Assembly: GCA_002269645.1 (NCBI GenBank)
Contig: NIVC01004741.1
Coordinates: 1 to 36,457, forward strand
DNA from: Macrostomum lignano
Lineage: Eukaryota
Reading direction: 5' to 3'
DNA: 36,457 nt
How positions within the stretch are numbered: the stretch's first letter is position 1; each line of letters opens with the position of its first letter. The notes beneath the pieces were generated by a model. The model made no database searches. It was not told the origin of the DNA and saw nothing but the letters and a program-made list of their open reading frames with translations. The position numbers and the translations under genes were made by a program. Of the stretch, positions 1 through 8,748 are shown piece after piece.

Positions 1-439
1 TTTAAACACTTATACAGTGGAAACTCAAGTCTTCATTGTCAAATGCCTTGGTTTCGTTGGACAAGTTCATCCATCTCATGATCCTGCTGAGCGTAAGTCT
101 GCGCCTGCTGAGCCTGAGCCTGCTGAGCCTGCTTGTGCTATGAGTGCATATTATCTTTTATTGTATTCGCTGCTTTGCCTATTATGTCAAACAGACCCTC
201 ACCCCTATATTCGACTGGGTCTCCGACTTGCAATTCATTCAGATTGTATAAGTGTGTGTGGTGTGTCATTTTGTCTATTTTTAGTAACAGAAAAAATGAA
301 TGCAGAACACATTAAAGAATGTAGTAGCCATAAAGATTGTATTTTTTCAATCCAAAGATGGTAATAACTCTGTTTGAGCTGAGTTGATGGAACTAATAAG
401 CCATCCAGGTATATTTAAAAATTAAATATCTAAAAAAAG

Positions 440-1102
440 TCAAAATGAAATAATATCCTCATCCATCGGCAGTGGCGTATTGGAAGCTGCCTGTTGGTTT
501 GCCGCTGCCTGTTGGTGCGCCGCCATCTGTTGGTGCGCCGCCATCTGTTGGTGCGCCGCCATCTGTTGGTGCGCCGCCATCTGTTGGTGCGCCGCCATCT
601 GTTGGTGCGCCGCCATCTGTTGGTGCGCCGCCATCTGTTGGTGCGCCGCCATCTGTTGGTGCGCCGCCATCTGTTTGTGGTAGGGTTCAGATGGCCAGTT
701 GCCGCCCGCTAGTGTTGGTTGTGTTATCGCTCGTTGAATCTCTTGATATGGCGGTGGCTCATCATATCGATCTTCCCTTGGTAGTTCATTGAGGCTCGTG
801 CTCTCATCTTTCTTTGACTGATATGCTATTCGGGCATAGTTAACCGATTTTCGGCAGTTTAAATATTGCTTTAGAAGACTAAGCAGCTTATCTTCTCGAA
901 CAAAAGCGTAGAAAACATCGATGTTATCTATATTTCCCAAATTAGGAAAAACAGTCAACGGATAAAGTTTTTCAATTTTTCTTTTAATATGCTCTGTCTT
1001 GGTACGTGCGTCGTTATATCGTCTTCGCAATTTCAGAGCCGAGGGCATAATGTGAAGTAAGCAGTGACAGAGTTGTAGTTGAGTAGTTAGAGGCGCGCAC
1101 AT
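440..1102 (-). CDS. Hypothetical 220-aa protein with C-terminal (QQMAAH)n repeat
   Basis: Open ORF co-oriented with the other element A genes; PPPY motif; no recognisable family. Confidence 0.5.
   Translation of the reverse strand: MCAPLTTQLQLCHCLLHIMPSALKLRRRYNDARTKTEHIKRKIEKLYPLTVFPNLGNIDNIDVFYAFVREDKLLSLLKQYLNCRKSVNYARIAYQSKKDESTSLNELPREDRYDEPPPYQEIQRAITQPTLAGGNWPSEPYHKQMAAHQQMAAHQQMAAHQQMAAHQQMAAHQQMAAHQQMAAHQQMAAHQQMAAHQQAAANQQAASNTPLPMDEDIISF
511..672. repeat. 18-bp coding minisatellite (GTTGGTGCGCCGCCATCT) x9
   Basis: Nine perfect units read directly, plus degenerate units at ~486-510. Confidence 0.97.
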
Positions 1103-1216
1103 CTATGTCTATCTGTTGGTGAATGAACTACTTATATAGACTGGGTTTATGAGCTAATTCTTTTTAGCTTGGGCGACACTCCTATTGGTTGTCAAAATCC
1201 AAAACCAATATGAAAG

Positions 1217-1632
1217 CTAAAAAATTCCTTTAACTTTAAAAGTCTTTAGCAGCCACTTGACTGCTTCGCTGGGTACTTGTTCGACTCTTTTAGCCGCATC
1301 AACTAATACTCCACTCCCTTGAGCCTTTTTCAAGTCTTCTAGTTTTTGCCGTTCAATGCTTTCTATTGTCTTATTATGCTTAGCATTGTTGGCTGTATTA
1401 ACACTTTTTGCAATCATTGTACCAACTCCAGAGGCTGCTCCGATACCCCCCAAATTGCTGGTAGTAAGCCTAATAGAGGAATTATTCCACCTTCATATTC
1501 TTTCTGTTTCTCTTGCAATTCTCGAATCTTCTCTTTAGAAAGATACTGCTTTTGTTTATTTACAGTAACATATCTTGGTTTCCCTTCTCGAACATATCGA
1601 TTGAGTCTGGCTTCAGTGTTTTTCTCGCTCAT
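1217..1632 (-). pseudogene. Polinton virion core/membrane-active protein, adenovirus pX-like; split by a 1-nt frameshift
   Basis: Joining ORFs 1414-1632 and 1217-1453 across the G6 run (C6 at 1446-1451) gives EYEGGIIPLLGLLPAI-GGIGAASGVGTMIAKSV, resembling the GG-ILPLL...AAAIGA segment of adenoviral pX. Confidence 0.55.
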
Positions 1633-1640
1633 TTTTAAGG

Positions 1641-2141
1641 TCAGAATTTCTTCAAACCATTGCCTTGTCTCAAAGACACTTGAGACTGTTCTGCTGTTCC
1701 TAGAGCCTTTTTAACAATATCTTGAATAGCCTTATTTGATTGAGAAGCTATCTGTTGCTCTTCTTCCATTCTTTTCTTTGCTTCTTTTTCTCTACGTTTC
1801 TTTTTAATATATTCCAGTTCCTCACCTGCTTTAGACATGTCACTGTATGATTTCTTCGCATCGAATATGTTCTTCGCTGTGGTAGCTGTTTTATCTATTG
1901 CATCAGCTCCACTCACAATTTTACTTCCATGATTTGATAAAAAGTTTGTGACACCACTGATCATATCACCAATTCCTTCACCCTCTTTATCAGCTAGTAG
2001 CTGTGAATCTGACGTTTCAATCTGACCTTTCGCCCGTTTGCAGTTTGTTCGGTAAGCGCTCATTTTTAGTTGAAAAATTTGCTGGTAGAAGCTGGGATTT
2101 GTAAAATGATCCAATAATTTCTTCTCCATTCTCATCTTCAA
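1641..2141 (-). CDS. Putative Polinton virion core protein (166 aa)
   Basis: KEGEG-IGDMISGVTNFLSNHG amphipathic segment after a GxG motif; basic/coiled-coil tail ending RQGNGL; lies between the integrase and the pX-like ORF. Confidence 0.5.
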   Translation of the reverse strand: MKMRMEKKLLDHFTNPSFYQQIFQLKMSAYRTNCKRAKGQIETSDSQLLADKEGEGIGDMISGVTNFLSNHGSKIVSGADAIDKTATTAKNIFDAKKSYSDMSKAGEELEYIKKKRREKEAKKRMEEEQQIASQSNKAIQDIVKKALGTAEQSQVSLRQGNGLKKF

Positions 2142-3259
2142 TAATGTAGGTTATTGGATTTGAATAAACTATTTTCTATTATAAACTATTTGTTTATCCT
2201 AAACACTTCTGAAATTTTCCAATAACTTCTTCGACCCTTTTCAAAGTGCTCCTTATATCTATAGATATGAACTTTGTCACCTACTTTGAAGTTTTGTTTC
2301 TCATTTGAATACTCAAATGAAGGCTTTGGTACTCGCTCAGGATGTTTAGATGTTTCTGAAGGAGTTATCAGAATCTCTGAATGGATTGTGTTGTTGTACT
2401 TATCAACAATAGCTAGCAATATGTGGAGTCACTTCTGGTTTCCTTGTAGATCAAATTCAAACCAGAGTTTATTTGTGAGAGTACGATTTAACCTCTCAAT
2501 CATTGTATTCTTAGACTCACCATAAATTGAGAACATCTTGTTAATATACTCCCCATTTTCATCTTTCTTTCTAATGTTGTCTTTTGAAAACGAGTATAGC
2601 TTTTACATATGCTGATTATAAAACTCCTTGCCTTCATCTACACAAAGTCTCTCTGAACGTCTTCCTGATTCCTGAAATACTTTTTGGAAAGCTTATGCAA
2701 CTTCCGCTCCCGTCTTTGTTTTTAAAGGAACTGCCCAAGCGTAACGTGTAAAACCATCTATGATAGTGAGAGCATATTTGTAACCTCTTTCAGGTGGTAG
2801 GATAATGATATCTGCATGCCAAATTGTGTCTTTTGCATAGTGAATCATTTTTCTAAACACTCTTGGCTTTCGATTTTCTTTATGCAATTTCAAAGCATCT
2901 TCATAGCTAAGACTATTGCCGTATATGGTTAGACAGTCTATACAATTGTTGGGGTTGTGAGTATGAATGCCTAATCCAAACCGAACTTTAGCTTTGATAA
3001 TACGCTTTACTAGATTTCTAATGAGTCTCTCCTTCACAGACAAGTCGCTGGTTGGAATAGCATCTAAATCAGCTATCATTTTTTCATCAGCTATATGCTT
3101 CTTTGCTAGAGCTTCCTCTGGATTTGAAGAAGTGTTTTCAGCATCTCTATAGTTTTTGTCATGATAGTAAGCAGTCCAATCGATTGGGTTAATTGGTAGA
3201 CTGTCATACCGAGGCCGGTCTGTAATTGGATTGAGTCTTTTGTCTAAATTTGTACCGGG

Positions 3260-4153
3260 CAGTCGATCCTCAATCTTTCGAAAGAGGCTGGACTTTATCT
3301 TAAGGCATCATCAGGATTGACCAGATCCTTCAGCCCCACCCCCATTAAGTCTCTGAACCTTCTCAATATCCTTGTCAACTTCGTTCGGACTTACGAGCTT
3401 GGCTGCGGATTTCCACCATGTCTTCAAGCTTGTTACCATCGAACCATAGGATCGCGGACGAAGTCCGATTGGGAACAGGAATTACCTGTGTTCCTTCAGA
3501 AGATTTCTCAACTGAAGTGGTACTTGAGGCTGTTGTTGACGTACCTGAGGTACTCGAACTTCGTTCGGACGGAGTTCCCGCAATTTGAAGGTGTTGCCAA
3601 TCACTAAGCACTTGTTTAATGTTGGTTATAATGTTTTTGTATTGATCCCCGTAAAAAATTTTAATGCAAATTCTCCTGTTACAAGGGTGATTTCATTGTG
3701 TAGTAAAATATTATTAGGTTCCTTTGTAGTTTTATTGATGCATACATAATACAACTGATAGGTGGGATAAGAATTTTTATAGTCTAATAGTTTCTGATAA
3801 TTCCTTTCACGACTTGATGAATTGTCCTTGTTATCAGAAGATTTAAGCTCTAATGCAATCTTTCGCTCAACGTGAACCAGGTCTATCTTTTTTACCTTCT
3901 CGAATATAAAATAATTTTCTGCTAATATTTCATATAGTCTGCCTAGTCTCATTTGAATAACTTTAATCTTGTGTGAAATTATTAACTCTTCTTGGAAAAG
4001 ATCATGAAGAATTTGATCATGCCCAACCTTATCATCAATTGGTTTCAGAAGGATTTTTCGAATTGTTTGCTCCATTTTTACTTTAGAAAATTTAACAAGT
4101 GCTTATTCGATGACTAGCAAGGACATTGACTTCCTCACTCAGGCCACTACGTA
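3260..4153 (-). ncRNA. Group I self-splicing intron, IC1-like, 894 nt
   Basis: Minus strand: 5' exon ends in U paired to G in P1 (CAGGU/GCCUG); P element AAAUUGCGGGAA (3575-3586); Q AAAUCCGCAGCC (3401-3412); R GGUUCAGAGACU (3348-3359); S AAGAUAAAGUCC (3290-3301); P3 CACCUUCA/UGGGGGUG; P2.1 GCUAGUCA/UGAUUGGC; last base G (3260). Removal restores the frame and the G-P-G-T motif. Confidence 0.93.
3626..4075 (-). CDS. Intron-encoded PD-(D/E)XK restriction-endonuclease-like protein, putative homing endonuclease (149 aa)
   Basis: Intact ORF with E49 (GRLYE), D65 (KIDL), E76-x-K78 (IALELKS) and a following N/S-rich segment, the layout of type II REase-like folds; enclosed by the 12-bp inverted repeat TAAGCACTTGTT (3605-3616)/AACAAGTGCTTA (4094-4105). 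Confidence 0.72.
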   Translation of the reverse strand: MEQTIRKILLKPIDDKVGHDQILHDLFQEELIISHKIKVIQMRLGRLYEILAENYFIFEKVKKIDLVHVERKIALELKSSDNKDNSSSRERNYQKLLDYKNSYPTYQLYYVCINKTTKEPNNILLHNEITLVTGEFALKFFTGINTKTL

Positions 4154-4283
4154 ACCTGCGAAAGAATAGCCTGGAATATGAAATTCGCCAGGATACTTTC
4201 CAGTGGCGAAGATGGGTGGTAGTTTTGTTATAGCTGACTGAATATCTAAGCGTTTCCTAGAAATAATGGTTTACTGAAGGCCA

Positions 4284-4388
4284 TTATATATATATATATA
4301 TATATATATGTTATATGTTTATATGTTTATGTTTATATATGTTTATATATGTATATGTTTATTTTATGTATATAAAATAAACTTGTAT

Positions 4389-4420
<32 letters not shown>

Positions 4421-4539
4421 ATTATATATATTTGATATATATATTTGATATATATCAATTCAATGCAATTCAGGTATATACAATATGAAAGTGTCATCCA
4501 ATTCAACGATAGTAAATTATATATATATATATATATATA
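4284..4539. repeat. (TA)n microsatellite / AT low-complexity tract
   Basis: Direct reading; coincides with the 5' truncation of element A. Confidence 0.95.
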
Positions 4540-4977
4540 CTCATCTACAGACCCACGTCCAGACTCCACGACGTCCACGTACAGACGTCCACGTACAGAC
4601 CCACCAAACGTCCTAACATTGGGACCCAACTAGGACCCAACGTCCTAGTTTTGAATTGACCCGTGAATCCAACTTTTCTCATGGTTTTAGAGCTGGAATC
4701 GTGAAAATTTCACTTTTTCAAAAATTTTGAAAATCACGAAAAATTGCTGTTTTCAGACCATTTTCACCTGTTTTTAGTCATTTTCAGTTATTTTTTGTGA
4801 TTTTCAAAATGACTGAGGGCATGAGGGCGAGGGCACCCTCCTTTTTAAAAAGTATAAAAATTCTGAGAAATATACCACAGGTCAATGCCCCCCACATGCC
4901 CTCACCCTCAACACCCTCACTCACAGATATATGTATATTCATATATCACACACCCCTTGCAACTCTGACCACCTGGC

Positions 4978-5076
4978 AGTAGTAGTGTTATATAAGGGGC
5001 TGAGTCATCCAGCGAGCTGGCGCGCAATGCGCTTGAGCAATAAGTGTGGCGCAGCCCCTTATATAACACTACTACT
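4978..5076. repeat. Perfect 25-bp inverted repeat with (AGT)3 outer ends, Polinton-terminus-like
   Basis: AGTAGTAGTGTTATATAAGGGGCTG (4978-5002) and its exact reverse complement (5052-5076); 49-bp spacer; no TSD seen. Confidence 0.85.
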
Positions 5077-5128
5077 CCCATAAGTAGAATGCATGAGGGG
5101 CTTTTGGGACAATTTTTTTAACGTCCTC

Positions 5129-5325
5129 CATAATCCCATTAAATCCATCCATATTATCCCCGACAGAATCAGAAAAAAATGGGGTCGCACTTGCTCCGAA
5201 AACTTCGAACATAATCCCATTAAATCCATCCATATTATCCCCGACAGAATCAGAAAAAAGAGGGGACGCACTTGCTCCGTAAACTTCGAACATAATCCAC
5301 CTAAATCCAACCATATTATCCCTGA
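5129..5325. repeat. 81-bp tandem repeat, ~2.4 copies
   Basis: CATAATCCC(A)... units start at 5129, 5210 and 5291. Confidence 0.9.
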
Positions 5326-5867
5326 CACTGACATAATCCACCGACATCCACCCATAGCATCTTCGAAACAATCAGAAAATAATCTGCATTCTTCTCCCCA
5401 CATTCAATTCGCAATGCGAAACCAGATCCTCGGCGCAGGGTCCTTACCTTTGAAAAAATTAAATTCTCAATTAAAAATGCTTCCATTCGTCTCTCCAGGT
5501 TCTTTTTACAAAAGGCACGAGCCTAATTACAAGAGTACTCGTAAGTACCGATGCAAACTAGAATGCAGTGAGTACATGAAAAAATATTGGCCAGACCACA
5601 CAATAAATGTCCCTAATATTAATCTAGTCTCCAAAGACACTGGTTTATTAAGTATGGAGTAACCTACGTAAAAAATTATGACAGCTACTATAACTTTACA
5701 GAAATCATTAGAAATTGTGATTTTTTCTCACAAGTCACAATTCACTAATTTCACCTATCTTCACTGATATATTTATGATAATAAGATTGCTCCATCGATC
5801 CGAAAAAATTCTCATAGAGCGGACAGACAATAATATGAAGAACATTAAAAAAAGATGATAATATTAG

Positions 5868-6212
5868 TTAAAGCAACTCTTGACTCGTTGGCGAGCGGGT
5901 ACCCACGCTAGAAAATATTTCGCTCTTCTTCTCCTCCAATTTTCTTTTTCGATTGGCTTTGATCCCCTGTTGCGTAGTTGCAGCAGCCGCGGCTTCCTGG
6001 CTTCTTCTTGCAGCGTCCAACTTGTCTAGAAGATCGACAAGGTCCCGTTCCTTTGTCAACTTGTAGTCGATAGGTATCGACTTCAAAATCATGTTGACAT
6101 CTAAGTCTTTCAATACAGTTTCAGGCCAAACAGCAGCGATTTCGTCGTAAAAGTGGTTAACTTTCGCCGTTGACTCCTTGTAGCGAAGGACGAGCTCACC
6201 CTTTGAAGGCAT
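5868..6212 (-). CDS. Hypothetical 114-aa protein
   Basis: ATG-started ORF co-oriented with element B genes; RKRK NLS-like motif; no family recognised. Confidence 0.4.
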   Translation of the reverse strand: MPSKGELVLRYKESTAKVNHFYDEIAAVWPETVLKDLDVNMILKSIPIDYKLTKERDLVDLLDKLDAARRSQEAAAAATTQQGIKANRKRKLEEKKSEIFSSVGTRSPTSQELL

Positions 6213-6759
6213 GTTTTTTCAATATAAAGAGCACAGCGGAGTAAAATGTTACATTCTCTGAGTATTTTCTCAGTATTTAACAGCGCTTGTTAGTAGTATT
6301 AGTAAATTACACGCAACCACCTACACTCGAACTGTAATACGCCTCCGTCAATTCGAGCTAACGAGCGAAACGCAACTCGCCCAAGCCGGCGTTTGATAAG
6401 GTACAAATCTCACCTTTCTTATCTTATACGACACACGAACCAACACTAGCGCTCTTCTAAAAGAAATATTGAATGCAAAATCCAATTCTTCCTTAGCCTT
6501 GGCCATTTATTTCTGCAAAGTATATTTAACTGAATTCGCCGCAAGTCCAACGCATTAAATCCCGTGCTACGTAGAGCCCGGAAGGATTTAGTAGAGGGCG
6601 GTTTAAGCTTCCTGAAGAAGACGATTGGAATGGGTAAGAAACGTAGATTGACGACTACTGATGGACCAGTTGTGGTTAAGCGGCGACAAGTCAGGAAAAA
6701 GGGTATAAGCAGAAAACACCTGTGGTAAAAAAACAGGTTGGACGTGGTCGGCGACCAGG

Positions 6760-7364
6760 ACGTGGTCTGTCGTAAGTCTATGAAGAGATAGCTGAAGGCC
6801 TTGTCACTCGTCGCGTCGTCATAAGCCTGCACCAGAAATCTACTAGCTCGGGGGTACATCTGCCGACCCAAATGTTCAACGGCGCTACGATCCCTAACGT
6901 TTCGGCTTAAACAGATATAACTCGTCGATAAACTTCTTTTTCTTGCCTCAGGATCCGCAGGGTCGAACAAATTTTGGCACAAATAAAGACAAGTCAATGG
7001 CGTATGATGAGCCAATTTGGTGAATACAGCGGTAAAAGCGCGTTGCTTTGCAACTTCACCCTGCAAATCATCAACAACGACTAAATCGTGCGGTTTGAAT
7101 CTAGCCAACAACTGATCGGGGAATCCCTGTACGAAGTGACATTCGCCACTTCCACCCAACGTCCAACATTTCGAACTCGTTTTTCCTCAGACGAATGTAA
7201 CTCTGTACCGAGACACCAAATTAGACGCCTTGGTACTACTCGAAACAGACCCAAGCGCTCCCTTACCAGTCGAAGCACCCATTCAGTCTTTCCCGAATTC
7301 GAAGGACCCGCGACGATAAACGTCGAGTCATGAGCAAATCGCAAGTCGAATGTACGCCTGTCCA
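6760..7364 (-). pseudogene. A32/FtsK-like DNA packaging ATPase (Polinton type)
   Basis: MDRRTFDLRF..Walker A GPSNSGKT..Walker B LVVVDD..FTKLAHH..LYLCQNLF..AYDDAT..FSYLFIDLRQTT; frameshift near 7160-7190; C-terminus diverges after RQTT. Confidence 0.9.
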
Positions 7365-7367
7365 TTC

Positions 7368-7787
7368 TAGGCACCCAAACGCTGTTTTACGTTCATAACG
7401 CGGGACCAGTTTTGCGGCCAAACGTTCCCCCCACTTAGTTGTAGGATCCGCAGCAATCTCTCGAGCTCCTGCTTCGAGTTGTTGATCGGCCTTTGAACGC
7501 TCTGCCACGTCCGAGTGCTTCTCGTATGCCAGGTCGTGTAAGAGACACAATTTATCGAGCCGATTCTTTCCAGTATCGCCCCGCGCCAAACGTTCTTTCA
7601 ATCTGGTCCCGGGGCCGCAGAATTGGTAACTTCCCGGCAAATGAAGCTCCCCTGGGAGATGATTTATTACCCAATTAACAATACCAAACCCCGTCTGACC
7701 TCGACGACGAGATTTCTTAGCTCGAGTCGACTTTGCTGCTGTCGAACGCACTCGCTTCTTCTTCTTCTGTCGGCCTTGTGTTCCCAT
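7368..7787 (-). pseudogene. Intronless parvovirus-type PLA2-like protein (PLA2X)
   Basis: Basic N-terminus, QTGFG, ELHLPGSYQFCGPGT, NRLDKLCLLHDLAY; frameshift before the C-terminal MNVKQRLGA*. Confidence 0.88.
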
Positions 7788-7933
7788 CCCACTTAATTGT
7801 ACCAAAAGAACCAATTGCATTTACTTATACACACAGCGGTTAAATCCACGAGCAGTATCTTGTATTAATAATCAAAGTGACAAGCCGCCACCAATTCCCA
7901 CCACTGACCGACGGGCTCCGGGCGCGAGCAGCA

Positions 7934-8413
7934 TCACATGTTAGTGCTGCCCATGTCACCCGTCTCGCGAACCGCCACCGGCTCCGGTTGTCGGTGCCAC
8001 ACCCCCGGCAGCTGGCCCTCGCAAGCTCGACCGACTTCTACCGGGGGCGTGACGCAGCGCTCCAGAATCAGTTGGGCCACGCTGGTGGCACACGGCAGAT
8101 GAACTTTCTCATGACGTGTTGTGCAGGATCACGCGGAGTTCCCCGGTATAGTCCGGGTCAACCACGCCGCCCTGCACATTGAGGTTTCGGTTGGCCCAAC
8201 TGGACTGGCTCGCTATCCGACCATAGGTGCCTGGCGGCAGCATCACCCGGAGGCCGGTGCGAATGATGGCCGTGTCAAAGGCCTCCACAGTGCGGTCTTC
8301 GCACGTGGCTAGGCGTAGCCCACCGACCCGGCCGTAGCTCGCCGAGGCATCACTGCCCCGGCATCCGTGAGCACTACGCGCAGCGGGACCGTCGTGCAAG
8401 CGTCGGGGCTCAT
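7934..8413 (-). pseudogene. dut: dUTPase
   Basis: PRRATAGSVGY, YGRIASQSS, GGVVDPDYTGELRVILHN, VAQLILER, C-terminal RETGDMGST; one frameshift (~8310-8340) and a stop at 8109. Confidence 0.9.
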
Positions 8414-8748
8414 CGTGGCTGCCGGATCATAGTTCCTCTTATGCTTAGGAGGTTTGTCATCCTCTAAAATAAGTCTAGTACTACCCTCGTAATCCTCGTC
8501 CCAATCCAAAAAACTAAGCCTAGTACTAATCCCCTGCACTGCTATCATTGGTCTAGAAAAACGAAAAAAAATACAAAAAGAAAGAAGGAAAGGCGGATTC
8601 TTGCATATACATTCGATAATTGCGCACATATATTGTGAGCAGAAAAAGCATAAACAGACAGAAAATAGAGACAGGGAGAACAAGTCAAGTCAACCGCCAA
8701 TGACCAAATGGGAGGGATGAGTAGGGATCGAGCCAGGCCATTCGAGCA

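Larger units (their letters stand above)
2186..4270 (-). pseudogene. PLA2-like domain + retroviral-type DDE integrase fusion (exons 4154-4270 and 2186-3259)
   Basis: Spliced reading: LDIQSAITKLP..GEFHIPGYSFAG|PGTNLDKRL..PINPIDWTAYYHDKNY..KAKVRFGLG, then LHKENRK..IWHAD..IIDGFTRYAWAVPLKTK..VDEGKEF..MIERLNRTL..YNNTIHS..FKVGDKV. One frame from 3259 to 2186 with three premature stops (2693-2695, 2603-2605, 2429-2431). Confidence 0.9.
1..4283 (-). mobile_element. Polinton/Maverick (adintovirus-like) element A, fragment
   Basis: Co-oriented minus-strand PLA2-like/integrase gene and GxG-motif core-like ORFs; AT-rich; ends on the right at a (TA)n tract. No TIR seen for this piece. Confidence 0.85.

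Noticed and set aside
17-364. Plus-strand ORFs 17-364 and 133-315
   Set aside because: Antisense to element A and driven by a short GCCTGCTGA repeat; no motif. A degraded Q-rich frame on the minus strand is full of stops.
472-792. Plus-strand repeat ORFs (VGAPPS, CWCAAI, LLVRRH)
   Set aside because: Alternative-frame read-outs of the 18-bp minisatellite.
1446-1451. Possible programmed -1 frameshift at T-TTG-GGG in the pX-like gene
   Set aside because: Not a canonical slippery heptamer. The same 1-nt loss in a homopolymer occurs at 29364-29369, so mutation or long-read error is simpler.
3317-3611. ORFs 3317-3607 (+) and 3375-3611 (-)
   Set aside because: They overlap the ribozyme core, lack ATG starts and have no motif; incidental open frames.
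3260-4153. Spliceosomal-intron interpretation (AG|GTTACG at 4155)
   Set aside because: The 3' boundary needed to restore GPGT ends in CTG, not AG, with no polypyrimidine tract, whereas the group I core elements are complete.
4333-4633. I/Y-rich ORFs
   Set aside because: Artefacts of the (TA)n tract.
5059-5403. Repeat ORFs and CRISPR-like spacing of the 81-bp repeat
   Set aside because: Whole units repeat with no unique spacers, there are no cas genes and the context is eukaryotic.
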